32,821 nt of DNA from Candidatus Methanomarinus sp. HR1 (GTDB lineage Archaea > Halobacteriota > Methanosarcinia > Methanosarcinales > Methanocomedenaceae), in NCBI GenBank assembly GCA_002926195.1, contig MZXQ01000097.1:1-32821 (forward strand), read 5' to 3'. Below the pieces are notes generated by a model. The model saw only the letters and a program-made list of their open reading frames with translations. It was not told the DNA's origin and searched no databases. A program made the position numbers and the translations under genes. Shown piece after piece: positions 21,149-32,204 of this stretch; position 1 is the stretch's first letter, and each line of letters starts with the position of its first letter.

Positions 21149-21222
21149 TCAATTTGACATTGATCAAATTGATTATAGAGATTAACGTTGATTTGCAGGA
21201 TTGTATAGGTCAGCGTTAATCT
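21149..21222. repeat. Two adjacent inverted repeats in a convergent intergenic region
   Basis: TCAATTTGA/TCAAATTGA (21149-57, 21164-72, perfect) and AGATTAACGTTGA/TCAGCGTTAATCT (21179-91, 21210-22, 12 of 13 match). Confidence 0.65.
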
Positions 21223-21257
21223 GCGTACATGTCCATAAGCCTGAATGGATATAATCA

Positions 21258-21473
21258 TCAATCCAGATATCCCAATGCCCTCAACCTCCCCTTAACTTTC
21301 TCCTCATCTTCCTCCGAAAACACCTCTTCAGGCTCTTCGTCTTCAACCTCTTTAATAACTTCCTCTAATACGAATGTTACATACTTATCCACGGATTCAA
21401 AACCCGTCTCTTCAAGCCTTGCTTCAATTTTACTTATCATCTGCTTTGGGATTTTTATTTCACCATATTCCAT
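21258..21473 (-). CDS. Small ribbon-helix-helix (CopG-like) protein with an acidic linker and RLRALGYL tail
   Basis: EIKIP...TGFESVDKYVTFVL, then EEDEEKVKGRLRALGYLD; SD AGGTGA. Confidence 0.85.
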   Translation of the reverse strand: MEYGEIKIPKQMISKIEARLEETGFESVDKYVTFVLEEVIKEVEDEEPEEVFSEEDEEKVKGRLRALGYLD

Positions 21474-21481
21474 ATTGTCAC

Positions 21482-22192
21482 CTATCTCATTTCTTTAATT
21501 ATCTTAGCAAAATCAGTAATTCCAGGATTACCCAGATCTTTGAAATCCGTACTCCAGAACCCATAATTAGAATGGTCTCCGAATATACCTATTTGCTCCA
21601 TTCCGTGATCAGACAGTACAATAAACTGATTCTTCATACTACCGGCAATCTCATCAAGATCCTTATAGATCATTTTCATCATAGTCCTGTTTCCAAAATT
21701 CAAATGTCCGATAACATCAGCCACACTGAAATAACCGAGTATAAAATCATGGTCTGCTTCTAAAACATCAATGAATTCCTCTTTTATTTTTCGATGATGT
21801 TCAAATGCAAGGTTGTTATAATCCACTCTAACCTGACCTTTTTCTTCTTCAGACTGTGCATCAAAGAATTCCTTAAGCAATTTACGCTCCTGATCATGCT
21901 GATCTGTAATATAACTAAATCCGGGCAGATCTATGATCTTCGGATTTTCGAATTGATCAAAGAAGGTATCCTTTATGTCCAATTTGGTATTCCACATATC
22001 TTTATCCCCTTTGGCCAGGATCTCTTTTTCCATATTTTTTCCTGTCATAAACGAACTCCAGAGCACCATAGTCCTTGGCTCTGAGAACTCGGAGATGTTC
22101 GTCTTTCCATAATATTTCTGCTTCAAATTATTACAATCGAACTTTTCAACCAGTGTATATTCCAGAGCATCAATAGCTAATACTGTGATCAT
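21482..22192 (-). CDS. Alkaline-phosphatase superfamily (NPP/phosphodiesterase-like) protein
   Basis: AIDAL, PRT...WSSFMTG, DVIGH, LSDHG and GDH metal/nucleophile motifs; ATGA overlap with cysN. Confidence 0.8.
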   Translation of the reverse strand: MITVLAIDALEYTLVEKFDCNNLKQKYYGKTNISEFSEPRTMVLWSSFMTGKNMEKEILAKGDKDMWNTKLDIKDTFFDQFENPKIIDLPGFSYITDQHDQERKLLKEFFDAQSEEEKGQVRVDYNNLAFEHHRKIKEEFIDVLEADHDFILGYFSVADVIGHLNFGNRTMMKMIYKDLDEIAGSMKNQFIVLSDHGMEQIGIFGDHSNYGFWSTDFKDLGNPGITDFAKIIKEMR

Positions 22193-23427
22193 TGTACCAG
22201 CTCCGTAATAATGCCACCGGCAAGAGTATCATCAGTTCTAAGTACAAACCGTCCCAGTTCTTCTATTGTATTAAAATTCTCAACAACAACAGGTTTATCA
22301 GTTTTAATAATTATATCTGCCACTTCCCGATTCTTGATCTCATCCGCATCTTCAGCGATCAAATCAAGAGTAGAAGAATTAATAACTCTGCTTATCTTTT
22401 CAATTTCACATGCTACATCCTGTGTAGCGCACCTGAACCATAAGGTATCGCCTTTATTATAAGGAGTATTATCCATCCAGAATATATTAGCTCTAATATG
22501 GTTAGTTAATACCGGGACATCTCTATCATGCACAATTACATCACCTCTGTCAATGAACAATTTATCCTCAGTAATAATACCTGTACTTTTTCCTGCTTCA
22601 GCTTCTGTTACATTTTTTAGGAACTCTTCTACGGATTTTACCGTTGTTTCTTCACCTGATGGCAGTATCTTTATCTTATCTCCTTTTCTTATGATCCCGC
22701 TTTCAACCCTTCCTGCTATAATGCGCTTATCAAAATTATAGACATCCTGAACCACAAAACGTAAAGGTTTATCCTTTGCACTTTCTTTTACTCTAAATGA
22801 ATCCAGAGCTTGCAGGAAGTCCGGACCCTGATACCAATCCATATTTTCATTTTTTCCGGCAATAAGATCTCCTTCTTTCGCAGAAATAGGTACTATATAG
22901 GACGGTTTAATGTTTATCCCTGATAAAAAATCAAGAAGTTCTTTTTTTACAGTTTCAAACTTTCCCCTCTCATAACCCACCATATCCATTTTATTAATAA
23001 CTACAATCACCTGGTCCAGCCCCAGCATTCCAAGAATGTAAGCATGTCTCTTTGTCTGTTCCTTTACCCCCTCATCGACATCCACTATAAGCACAGCAGC
23101 TTCTGCCTGGGATGCACCACTGATCATATTCTTAATAAATTCTACATGTCCCGGAGCATCTATGATCACATAATTCCTTTTTGTAGTGTTAAAAAAAATC
23201 TGAGCAGTGTCAATAGTAATACCTTGATCCCGTTCTTCTTCTAGATGATCCATAACATAACCGAATTCTATATCCTTACCAAGGCTTTTGCATATCTGTT
23301 CGATCTCTTCGATCTTACCTTTGGGAAGTGAATCCGTATCATATAGCAATCTTCCGATCAAAGTACTCTTTCCATGGTCAATATGACCGACAATTACAAA
23401 TTTTAAATTTTCTTTATCCATATTCAA
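22189..23427 (-). CDS. cysN: ATP sulfurylase GTPase subunit (CysN-like, no CysC fusion)
   Basis: [35 protein letters not shown]; same operon as cysD. Confidence 0.85.
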   Translation of the reverse strand: MNMDKENLKFVIVGHIDHGKSTLIGRLLYDTDSLPKGKIEEIEQICKSLGKDIEFGYVMDHLEEERDQGITIDTAQIFFNTTKRNYVIIDAPGHVEFIKNMISGASQAEAAVLIVDVDEGVKEQTKRHAYILGMLGLDQVIVVINKMDMVGYERGKFETVKKELLDFLSGINIKPSYIVPISAKEGDLIAGKNENMDWYQGPDFLQALDSFRVKESAKDKPLRFVVQDVYNFDKRIIAGRVESGIIRKGDKIKILPSGEETTVKSVEEFLKNVTEAEAGKSTGIITEDKLFIDRGDVIVHDRDVPVLTNHIRANIFWMDNTPYNKGDTLWFRCATQDVACEIEKISRVINSSTLDLIAEDADEIKNREVADIIIKTDKPVVVENFNTIEELGRFVLRTDDTLAGGIITELVQ

Positions 23428-23431
23428 ATCC

Positions 23432-24253
23432 TCAATATATTATCAATTTAGTCAGTATCATCATACCGAGAAATGTTGTTACTCCCCCGATCATTAAGGT
23501 AAATTTTTTGGCCGGCATTATCTTCACAGTATATACTGATAGTGGTACTGAGACCAGGGAACCTATTACCAGATACGGAACAAGTATCCAGTCAACCTGT
23601 TTGGCAAAATAAAAATAAGCTAAAACGCCTACCAGACACGTCACTCCTTCTGCCAGGGCAGTTATACCTATTGAACTTTTACTATTAACTCCTGATAGTA
23701 TCTGGCCTGATACTATCAACGGACCGTATCCTCCACCGGATATGCCTTTGTTAAATGATGCAAGAGCACCAATACCAATTATTCTTTTCCATGAAAATTT
23801 AACCTGAGTCTTATGTTTTATCAAAACAAGAATTCCCATAGACATTACAAGAAGTCCGATATATAGTTCAAGATAGAACACAGGTAATCTCAATGCAATC
23901 AACACAGCAATAATTACTCCTGCTATACTGCAAATTACCAGCACCAGTGCTATTTTAGAATCAGTTGATCTCGGGATGTATCCAAGTTTTCCCAATCTTT
24001 TTACGATCTCATGTTCATGATCGTTCTTAAAATCAAATGAGACATTACCTGCTCCATGATGCAGTACGGCTGCAATCATTCCTGCAATGAACTGTGCCAG
24101 TAGAATTGCAGGTACTACCTGAAGTGGTGAGAAGCCCATTAATAGCAGTATAGGAGTAAGTGAAGTACCGTATCCCATACCAAGTGTCGCATCAATATAT
24201 TCTATTCCTATTGATATCAACAAGACACTGATAAGTAAAAATTCAACAGCCAT
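23432..24253 (-). CDS. TauE/SafE-family membrane protein (sulfur oxyanion transporter)
   Basis: Multiple TM helices, DATLGMGYG and [11 protein letters not shown]ly motifs; start placed at ATG 24253. Confidence 0.85.
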   Translation of the reverse strand: MAVEFLLISVLLISIGIEYIDATLGMGYGTSLTPILLLMGFSPLQVVPAILLAQFIAGMIAAVLHHGAGNVSFDFKNDHEHEIVKRLGKLGYIPRSTDSKIALVLVICSIAGVIIAVLIALRLPVFYLELYIGLLVMSMGILVLIKHKTQVKFSWKRIIGIGALASFNKGISGGGYGPLIVSGQILSGVNSKSSIGITALAEGVTCLVGVLAYFYFAKQVDWILVPYLVIGSLVSVPLSVYTVKIMPAKKFTLMIGGVTTFLGMMILTKLIIY

Positions 24254-24272
24254 TTGTATCTTAAATGAAGAT

Positions 24273-25076
24273 TTACATATACCCAAGAGCCCGCAATTTC
24301 TGCATTACATATGCACTTTCCTTATCCTGTGCACGCCCGGACCGTTCGGATATTTTAGTGGTCATTAATTCTTCCACGATCTTATCAACAGTATCGGCAT
24401 CCGAATCAACCGGCTCACAACAGGTTTCACATCCTATGCTGCGGTATCGTTTACCATTGTTTGCAAAATATAGATCTACTACAGGGATATTTTCCCTCTG
24501 GATATATTTCCAGATATCCTGTTCGGTCCAGTGCAGCAGTGGATGAACTCTTATATGCTGCTCACCTTGCTGCTGGTTCTTGAACTGATCCCACAATTCA
24601 GGAGGCTGGTCTTTATAATCCCACTTGAACTGTTTATCTCTTGGCGAAAAGACACGTTCCTTTGCTCTAATACCATGCTCATCCCTGCGGATACCTAAAA
24701 GTAATGCTTTGAACCCGTATTTATCAATAGTCTGTTTGAGAGCTTCTGTTTTTAATTGCCCGCAGCATGCTAATTTATCACTGGCATCAGGTCCCATACC
24801 TTCATTAAGGGATTGCCCATTCTTACCTATTATAAGTTCCATATCCCATTTATCAGCCCATTCGCTTCTAAAATCATAAATCTCCTGGAACTTATAGCTT
24901 GTATCTATATGCAGTGCAGGAAATGGGACTTTACCATAAAAGGCTTTTCTGGTAAGCCACATAAGAGTAGTAGAATCCTTTCCTATACTCCATAATATAG
25001 CAATGTTTTTAAACTGTTTATAAGCTTCACGGATTATATAGATACTCTGGCTTTCTAATTGATCCAAATGCTTCAT
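24273..25076 (-). CDS. cysD: ATP sulfurylase catalytic subunit
   Basis: LESQSIYIIREA, PP-loop SIGKDS, LKTEAL, RRDE..RAKERVFSPR, QPPELW, RVHPL, SER.GR. Confidence 0.93.
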   Translation of the reverse strand: MKHLDQLESQSIYIIREAYKQFKNIAILWSIGKDSTTLMWLTRKAFYGKVPFPALHIDTSYKFQEIYDFRSEWADKWDMELIIGKNGQSLNEGMGPDASDKLACCGQLKTEALKQTIDKYGFKALLLGIRRDEHGIRAKERVFSPRDKQFKWDYKDQPPELWDQFKNQQQGEQHIRVHPLLHWTEQDIWKYIQRENIPVVDLYFANNGKRYRSIGCETCCEPVDSDADTVDKIVEELMTTKISERSGRAQDKESAYVMQKLRALGYM

Positions 25077-25090
25077 TAAATATTTCTCCC

Positions 25091-25303
25091 CTATAAATAT
25101 CCAAGTCTTTTAAGTCTTTGTTTTATTATTTGAACTTCTTGTTCAGTAAGATTGTCTTCTTCAGTTATCTTGCCTGTGGATGCAAGTGTTCGCATAGTAA
25201 ACACTATAAATTCCGTGGTGCTGGAGAAACCTGTACCTTCTATCATTTGTTGAAGTGTTTCATATAGCTCCCTGGGAATTTTAATGGTAACTTTATCTTT
25301 CAT
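25091..25303 (-). CDS. Small ribbon-helix-helix (CopG-like) protein with an RLKRLGYL tail
   Basis: VTIKIPRELY...TGFSSTTEFIVF; paralogous in pattern to 21258..21473. Confidence 0.85.
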   Translation of the reverse strand: MKDKVTIKIPRELYETLQQMIEGTGFSSTTEFIVFTMRTLASTGKITEEDNLTEQEVQIIKQRLKRLGYL

Positions 25304-25333
25304 AAGACTCTAATTGTAGTACGATTTGAGTGT

Positions 25334-25348
25334 GGTTAAATGTTTCGG
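25334..25348 (-). promoter_or_regulatory. BRE-TATA promoter of the sulfate-activation operon
   Basis: Minus strand CCGAAACA-TTTAACC about 30 nt upstream of ATG 25303. Confidence 0.55.
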
Positions 25349-25596
25349 TGAATACGAAGTCTTCTATAAGTCTGGCTAAATTTAATTTGACTAATATTTC
25401 CATACTTGCATTCTTTAGAAAATAATCATCCATACAAACCAGAGGTTTTTCATGAAATTTTATAATCGAGAAGAAGAATTGTTTTCTTGGGTAGTATAAA
25501 ATTTTTTTTACAAGGGTTTAATGTATCTGAGGTCAATAAGATCATAGATAATCATGCTACATTACACAGGATTTATTACGGGATTGAGTTGATACT

Positions 25597-28098
25597 GTGA
25601 CAGAAAAGAATTTACCAGACCAAAATGAACACACCATAGTCGAAAAGATCATCCCTATCAATATAGAAGATGAAATGAAGACATCCTATATCAATTATGC
25701 CATGAGCGTGATCGTTGGCAGGGCACTGCCTGATGTGCGTGACGGTCTAAAACCAGTTCACAGACGCATTCTATTTGGTATGAAGGAACAGGGCATGACC
25801 CATGACAAACCCTATAAGAAATCTGCCAGGATAGTAGGAGATGTCATGGGTAAATACCACCCGCACGGTGATGCTGCGATCTATGATACAATGGTACGGA
25901 TGGCACAGGATTTCAGTATGCGTTATCCACTTGCAGATGGTCAGGGCAATTTCGGATCCATTGACGGTGATGCTGCTGCAGCCATGCGTTATACCGAGAT
26001 ACGGTTGTGGAATTTAGCACAGGAGATCCTGGACGATCTTGATAAAGATACTGTTGATTTCATACCTAACTATGACGGAAGTCTCAAAGAACCTGTTATT
26101 CTACCCTCGAAAGTTCCCAATCTGCTCATCAATGGTAGTACAGGTATTGCAGTAGGTATGTCGACAAATATGCCCCCGCACAACTTGCGTGAGATCGTAG
26201 ATGCTGTGATAATGACCATAGATAATCCGGAAGTTACTACCCAGGAATTGATGAGTGTAGTACACGGACCCGATTTTCCGACCGGTGCCTACATTTACGG
26301 GAGAAGTGGGATACACCGCGCATATGAAACCGGGCGCGGTATTATTAAGATCCGTGCCAAAACAACTGTTGAGCAGCACAAAAATAAAGAAAGCATCATT
26401 ATCAATGAGATGCCCTACCAGGTAAATAAAGCTAAACTTATCGAGAACATAGCCAATTTAGTAAAAGAAAAAAAGATCTCGGGTATAACAGACCTAAGAG
26501 ACGAGTCTGACAGAAATGGTATAAGAGCTGTGATAGAACTCAGCCGGGGTACTAATGCAGATGTTGTACTGAACCAGTTATTCAGGCATACCCAGATGGA
26601 ATCCAGTTTTGGGATCATAAATCTGGCATTGGTTGATGGTCAACCTATGATACTGGGCTTGAAAGATATCATCAGGCATTTCATAGACCACCGCGTGGAA
26701 GTAGTAACACGCCGCAGTATATTTGAGATGGAAAAAGCCAAAAAACGCGCACATATCTTAGAAGGTCTTCAGATAGCTCTGGACCATATTGACCAGGTCA
26801 TTGCTTTGATACGCCAAAGCCAGACAACAGATGAGGCAAAAACCAGACTAATAGCAGAACTTGATCTGTCGCAGGAGCAGGCAAAGGCAATTCTGGATAT
26901 GAGACTTCAGAGGCTTACCGGTCTGGAGCGGGAGAAGATCGATAACGAGCACAAAGAATTAATGGAGACGATCAGGTGGCTGCAGGAAGTCCTGGGTGAT
27001 AAGAATAAGATTCTTAGTATTATCAAACAGGAGATCATAGATATCAAGGATAGATATGGCGATGATAGACGAACCCAGATCATTGATGGTGATACCGAGA
27101 TGGAAGATGAGGATCTGATACCTGTTGAAGATGTGGTTGTCACAATTTCCAATAGTGGATACATCAAACGTCTGCCTGTTCATACATATAAACAGCAGCG
27201 CAGGGGAGGCAGGGGTGTAATAGGCATGGATACTAAGGAAACAGATTTTGTAGTTGATCTGTTTGTAGCGTCCACACATGACTATATACTGTTCTTCACT
27301 GATAAGGGACGGGTATACTGGCTTAAAGTCTATGAGATCCCGGATGCTTCAAGGCAAAGCCGTGGCAAAGCAATTATTAATTTGATCGAAGTGGATAATG
27401 ATGAGAATATAACTGCCCAGATACCTGTAAAGGCTTTTAAGGATGATCAGTACCTGATCATGGCGACCGATTGTGGTGTAGTAAAAAAGACCGTTTTGTC
27501 AGCTTTCAGCAACCCGAGACGAAGCGGGATCATAGCTATAACCCTTGATGAAGGAGATGAACTCAAGATCGTTAAATTAACAGATGGGCATAAAGATATC
27601 ATCATCGGAAGCAGGCATGGTAAAGCTATTCGGTTCAGTGAGGCAGATGTACGTGCTACGGGAAGAGGTGCTCGTGGAGTTAGAGGCATCCGGCTTATTG
27701 GCGATGATTGTGTAGTAGGAATGGATATTGTACGGGATGATGCAACTCTGTTAACTATAACTGAGAATGGGTTTGGAAAACGGACGCAATTCGGGGAATA
27801 CAGGAAGATGAACAGGGGAGGTCAGGGTGTAATTACCATAATATCCAGTATACGAAATGGTATGGTCGTTGATGTGAAGGCTATCAATGAAACAGACGAG
27901 TTGATGGTGACCACTTCGGGAGGGATCATTATTCGTGTACCTGTATCTGATATAAGGATTCAGGGACGTAATACCCAGGGTGTGAAGATCATGAATGTGA
28001 AAAATAAGGATAAGGTAATGGCTGTTGCGCGTGTAGTTGTGGATAATGACAAGATAAGTAATGAGAACGAAATCCTCCCTTCGATCGGATTTTCTTGA
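25597..28098 (+). CDS. gyrA: DNA gyrase subunit A
   Basis: [22 protein letters not shown] (catalytic Tyr), GyrA box QRRGGRG, C-terminal pinwheel repeats. Confidence 0.97.
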   Translation: MTEKNLPDQNEHTIVEKIIPINIEDEMKTSYINYAMSVIVGRALPDVRDGLKPVHRRILFGMKEQGMTHDKPYKKSARIVGDVMGKYHPHGDAAIYDTMVRMAQDFSMRYPLADGQGNFGSIDGDAAAAMRYTEIRLWNLAQEILDDLDKDTVDFIPNYDGSLKEPVILPSKVPNLLINGSTGIAVGMSTNMPPHNLREIVDAVIMTIDNPEVTTQELMSVVHGPDFPTGAYIYGRSGIHRAYETGRGIIKIRAKTTVEQHKNKESIIINEMPYQVNKAKLIENIANLVKEKKISGITDLRDESDRNGIRAVIELSRGTNADVVLNQLFRHTQMESSFGIINLALVDGQPMILGLKDIIRHFIDHRVEVVTRRSIFEMEKAKKRAHILEGLQIALDHIDQVIALIRQSQTTDEAKTRLIAELDLSQEQAKAILDMRLQRLTGLEREKIDNEHKELMETIRWLQEVLGDKNKILSIIKQEIIDIKDRYGDDRRTQIIDGDTEMEDEDLIPVEDVVVTISNSGYIKRLPVHTYKQQRRGGRGVIGMDTKETDFVVDLFVASTHDYILFFTDKGRVYWLKVYEIPDASRQSRGKAIINLIEVDNDENITAQIPVKAFKDDQYLIMATDCGVVKKTVLSAFSNPRRSGIIAITLDEGDELKIVKLTDGHKDIIIGSRHGKAIRFSEADVRATGRGARGVRGIRLIGDDCVVGMDIVRDDATLLTITENGFGKRTQFGEYRKMNRGGQGVITIISSIRNGMVVDVKAINETDELMVTTSGGIIIRVPVSDIRIQGRNTQGVKIMNVKNKDKVMAVARVVVDNDKISNENEILPSIGFS

Positions 28099-28232
28099 AT
28101 GGATACACCACAATTGTTATCTGAAAAGGTTTTTATTATATTATCGTAATTATTAAGCTGCACACACGATCAATGATTTGAATCTTATTATATTACAGTA
28201 TCAGATCACTGGGATATTAATTGGAGGTAGTA

Positions 28233-29513
28233 ATGTTCACAATACAAAATCATCTGGAAAAACGTAATGGTCATCTCATCATAGCTGGAGTGGATACTAC
28301 CAATCTTACACAAGAGTTTGGTACACCATTATATGTAACCAACGAACAGCGTATAAGGGATAATTTTAACACATATCAAAAGGCTTTTTCACATGCAGAT
28401 CTATATTATGCAGCAAAAGCCAATTATAACCTGACTATCATGCGTATCCTTGCACAGGAAGGTGCGGGAGCTGATGTGTTCAGTGATGGTGAACTCTATA
28501 TGGCACTGTTAGCAGGTATTCCAGGGGACAGGATACTATTCAACGGTAACTCTAAAACAGACCGTGAACTGGCAATGGCTGTAGAGACAGGGGTAAGAAT
28601 ATCAGTGGACTCACTTGATGAGTTGCATGCATTAAGCCGGATAGCATCATCAGGGCAAAAAACTGTTGATATTGCCTTTCGGGTTAACCCTGATGTATCA
28701 CCGAAAACCCATCCCAAGATCAGTACAGGATTGAAAACATCCAAATTCGGTATACCACATCAAGATGTAGTAGCAGCTTACAAGGAAGCTGTAGAACTAC
28801 CAGGTATAAACCCGATTGGAATGCACTGTCATATAGGCAGTCAGATACTTGATACATCCCCATTCAGTGAAGCTATTAATCGTATGATGGACCTGGTTGA
28901 ACAGGTTACCAGGTTAGGTGTGGAACTGGAATTTTTGGATCTGGGTTCAGGACTGGGTATACCTTATAAAAAAGGTGAGATGGTACCTACTCCACAGGAT
29001 CTGGCTGATATCGTACTACCCATTTTCAATAAACGTTCACAGGCTATTGGAATTAAACTAAAACTAATCATAGAACCCGGCCGTTATATTGTAGGAGATA
29101 CTACAATTTTGCTTACAACAGTAAATACTGTTAAGACCGCAATCAAGAAGTTCGTAGGTGTGGATGCAGGGTTTAATCTACTTATCAGGCCTGCCATGTA
29201 TGATAGTTATCATCATGTTGTAGTGGCTAATAAGGTAGATGCCAAAGTATCTGGTATCTATACAGTTGTAGGTCCCATATGCGAAACAGGTGATATCCTT
29301 GCATCTGACAGGGAACTGCCTGTTGTAGTTAAAGATGATATTATTGCTATTCTTGATGTTGGAGCCTATGGTTTTAGCATGAGCAGCCAGTATAATGGAC
29401 GCCCACGATGCACTGAATTATTGGTTAATAATGGTCAGGTAGATGTAATAAGAAAGGGTGAGGACTTTGATGACCTGATGATGAACCAGATTGTTCCGTC
29501 CCGGTTCCTTTAA
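28233..29513 (+). CDS. lysA: Diaminopimelate decarboxylase
   Basis: YAAKAN, SKFG, HIGSQ, EPGR, GPICETGD, GAYG..MSSQYN; ATG 28233 follows SD GGAGGT. Confidence 0.96.
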   Translation: MFTIQNHLEKRNGHLIIAGVDTTNLTQEFGTPLYVTNEQRIRDNFNTYQKAFSHADLYYAAKANYNLTIMRILAQEGAGADVFSDGELYMALLAGIPGDRILFNGNSKTDRELAMAVETGVRISVDSLDELHALSRIASSGQKTVDIAFRVNPDVSPKTHPKISTGLKTSKFGIPHQDVVAAYKEAVELPGINPIGMHCHIGSQILDTSPFSEAINRMMDLVEQVTRLGVELEFLDLGSGLGIPYKKGEMVPTPQDLADIVLPIFNKRSQAIGIKLKLIIEPGRYIVGDTTILLTTVNTVKTAIKKFVGVDAGFNLLIRPAMYDSYHHVVVANKVDAKVSGIYTVVGPICETGDILASDRELPVVVKDDIIAILDVGAYGFSMSSQYNGRPRCTELLVNNGQVDVIRKGEDFDDLMMNQIVPSRFL

Positions 29514-29554
29514 TATGTTATATTTTTATGAATTAAAAAAGTAGTTGAGCTATA

Positions 29555-29728
29555 ATGGTAATTAAAGTGAATAGATATAAATGCGGGTATTGCGGTGCAT
29601 GTGTAAGTGTATGCCCTACGGGCGCTATTGAACTTATTGAGACATGGATTGTAGTTGATGATACTTGTAATAATTGTGGTATATGTTCCAGGATATGTCC
29701 GGTTGGAGCGCTGGAGGTCTCAACTTGA
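29555..29728 (+). CDS. 2x[4Fe-4S] ferredoxin, 57 aa (below the ORF-track cutoff)
   Basis: Hand translation [57 protein letters not shown]. Confidence 0.92.
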   Translation: MVIKVNRYKCGYCGACVSVCPTGAIELIETWIVVDDTCNNCGICSRICPVGALEVST

Positions 29729-30957
29729 AAGACCGCTATGATATAATAGTAGTAGGAGCAGGTCCTGCCGGATCTGTCACTGCTAAAACTGTTGCAAGTA
29801 AAGGTCTTGATGTATTGTTGATCGAAAAACGACAGCAAATAGGTGATCCTGTCCGTTGTGCGGAAGGAGTTAATAAAAAATATATAGCTAATTTTTTACA
29901 GCCGGACCCTGCATGGATATCTGCTGAGGTTAAGGGTTCAAGGATATATGCCCCTAACGGGAAAATGGTAGAGATGGGGGAAGAGCTCTCTGGCGTTGAA
30001 GTCGGATATGTACTTGAGCGTAAGATCTTTGATCGGGCACTGGCCATGGAAGCGGCCCGTGCAGGAGCCCAGGTAATGGTAAAGACCAGAGCTACCGGAC
30101 TTCTGATAAATAATGGTTATGTGACTGGTGTAAAAGTACAATATATGGGAAAGAACTATGATATTCAATGTGATATTGTAATCGGTGCTGATGGAATAGA
30201 ATCCAAAATAGGACGGTGGGCAGGTATTGATACTACTATTAAACCAGGGGGTTTGTGTTCATGTATGCAGTATTTGATTACAGATATAGATGTGGATCCT
30301 GATTTCTGTGAGTTCTATCTTGGAACGCATATTGCACCATCCGGATATCTTTGGGTATTTCCAAAAGGTAAGAACAAGGCCAATGTAGGGATAGGGATTT
30401 CCGGATTTCTTCCAAAAAACAAAAGAGTTATTGACCTGTTAGATGATTTTGTTAAAAAGAAATATCCGAAAGGAAAGATCATTGAAATAATATATGGCGG
30501 TGTTCCTGCTTGTGGAACAATAGAACGCACTGTATCGAATGGTCTTATTCTGGTCGGAGACGCTGCCCGTCAATCTGACCCGCTATCTGGCGGAGGAATA
30601 TTTAATTCTATCTGGGCAGGTGAAATTGCAGGTAAAGTAGCAGTTAAAGCTATTAAACGCCGGGACGTTTCTGCAGAATTCTTGCAGGAATATGAAAGGA
30701 AATGGCGTGCTGAAATAGGAAAAAATATTGATACCAGTCTTATTGTAAAGAATCGTTTTTTATCATTGAATGATGATGATATGAACACTCTTGCTGATTC
30801 ACTTGAAAATATGGATCTTAAGACTACTAATCTTTTAGGATTGGTGTGGGCACTTTTTAAATCTAATAAGAAACTATTATGGGACTTGAGGAGTATATTT
30901 AAAGACATCAAAGATATCAACGATGTTGATTTCGATGATATTAATAGCATAAATTGA
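29725..30957 (+). CDS. Digeranylgeranylglycerophospholipid reductase (geranylgeranyl reductase family)
   Basis: [36 protein letters not shown] start at 29725 follows GGAGG and overlaps the ferredoxin stop. Confidence 0.9.
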   Translation: MKDRYDIIVVGAGPAGSVTAKTVASKGLDVLLIEKRQQIGDPVRCAEGVNKKYIANFLQPDPAWISAEVKGSRIYAPNGKMVEMGEELSGVEVGYVLERKIFDRALAMEAARAGAQVMVKTRATGLLINNGYVTGVKVQYMGKNYDIQCDIVIGADGIESKIGRWAGIDTTIKPGGLCSCMQYLITDIDVDPDFCEFYLGTHIAPSGYLWVFPKGKNKANVGIGISGFLPKNKRVIDLLDDFVKKKYPKGKIIEIIYGGVPACGTIERTVSNGLILVGDAARQSDPLSGGGIFNSIWAGEIAGKVAVKAIKRRDVSAEFLQEYERKWRAEIGKNIDTSLIVKNRFLSLNDDDMNTLADSLENMDLKTTNLLGLVWALFKSNKKLLWDLRSIFKDIKDINDVDFDDINSIN

Positions 30958-30988
30958 ATATTTACTTTACCAGAGTGGAGGCAAATAT

Positions 30989-32128
30989 ATGAGTAATGGA
31001 AAATTTGAACCGAAACCCGGATCTTTATTGTTTGATAGCTTAAAAGATAAAAAAGGGATAATTCTTGCTGCTAATCCCAGGATTGCTTTAGTAACACGAG
31101 GGATATTCAAAGCAGCAAAGGAGGTTGATGCTGCATTGATCCTGGAACTTGCCAGATCGGAATGCGACTTATCAGGTGGATATACCGGACTCAATCCTGC
31201 GGATTTTAGTGCCAGGAGCAAGCAGGCGGCGCAGGAAGTGGGATTCGATATATGGGCATTACATGCAGATCATATTGGAATTAAGAAAGGTACAAAAGAG
31301 GATATAGAAGGGACTAAAGAACTGGTAAGCGGCCAGATAGATGCTGGTTTTACGTCTTTTGCGATTGATGCATCCCATTTATTCAATTTCCAGGGAGGTA
31401 ATCTGCGTGAAGAACTCTCTGATAATATTGATGCTACTACACAAGTGGCAAGGCATATACATGAGAAGATGGGGGGCAAGGAATATGGTCTTGAAGTGGA
31501 AGTAGGTGAAATAGGTAGAGAAGATGAGCAAGGTCGCGTATTAACACAACCTGATGAGGCAGTGACTTTTATCAAGGCACTCAATGAGAACGGTGTCAAT
31601 CCACAGGTACTGGCGATCGCTAATGGAAGTGTTCATGGAAATACCTATGATGCCCAGGGCAATCTGGTCGAGCAGGTATCTATTGATATACCACAGACTA
31701 TTGCAGTAGCAAAAGCATTAGAGGATAATAATCTTGGTGTAAGGATCGCCCAGCACGGAATAACAGGTACGCCCAGAGATCTGATACACAACCATTTCCC
31801 GCATGGTGATATCGTTAAAGGGAATGTAGCAACTTTCTACCAGAATATGGTATGGGATATTTTCAAGGTATACGAGCCTGAACTGTATAATGATATATGG
31901 AACTGGACCCTGGATACATATAGAGATTCTGCCCAGGGCAAGGCAGACAATGAGATATTTGGAAAGTACTGCAAGTTTGCTATAAAACAGTTCTTTGATA
32001 GAATATATTCAGTACATGATGATACAATAAAGATAATCGATACGCTGGCATATGCTGAAACATTGATATTTTTAAAAGCGTTTAAAGCTGAAGGTACGGC
32101 TCAGATAGTTAGAAATGCAATGGGGTAA
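30989..32128 (+). CDS. Class II fructose-bisphosphate aldolase
   Basis: LHADH, IDASH, EVEVGEIG, GSVHG, AQHG, KGNV. Confidence 0.88.
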   Translation: MSNGKFEPKPGSLLFDSLKDKKGIILAANPRIALVTRGIFKAAKEVDAALILELARSECDLSGGYTGLNPADFSARSKQAAQEVGFDIWALHADHIGIKKGTKEDIEGTKELVSGQIDAGFTSFAIDASHLFNFQGGNLREELSDNIDATTQVARHIHEKMGGKEYGLEVEVGEIGREDEQGRVLTQPDEAVTFIKALNENGVNPQVLAIANGSVHGNTYDAQGNLVEQVSIDIPQTIAVAKALEDNNLGVRIAQHGITGTPRDLIHNHFPHGDIVKGNVATFYQNMVWDIFKVYEPELYNDIWNWTLDTYRDSAQGKADNEIFGKYCKFAIKQFFDRIYSVHDDTIKIIDTLAYAETLIFLKAFKAEGTAQIVRNAMG

Positions 32129-32204
32129 AAAGTGTGGGCCTATAATTGGTTCACTTTTTATCTTCGGCTCTTCCGAGAGCCTCAGTTAAGAAAATCCGAC
32201 CGAA

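Noticed and set aside
21473..21484. Pyrrolysine or amber read-through fusing the NPP-like protein (TAG stop) to the downstream RLRALGY-tailed RHH
   Set aside because: The gap is 8 nt, so the ORFs are out of frame, and the RHH has its own SD. The TAG stops at 25091 and 17097 are likewise out of frame with the next gene.
22189..23427. Elongation factor 1-alpha
   Set aside because: EF-1a-like GTPase motifs are present, but the operon position with cysD and tauE favours CysN
1024..31599. Numerous short antisense or alternate-frame ORFs in the track
   Set aside because: They overlap well-supported genes and show no recognisable motifs; treated as shadow ORFs
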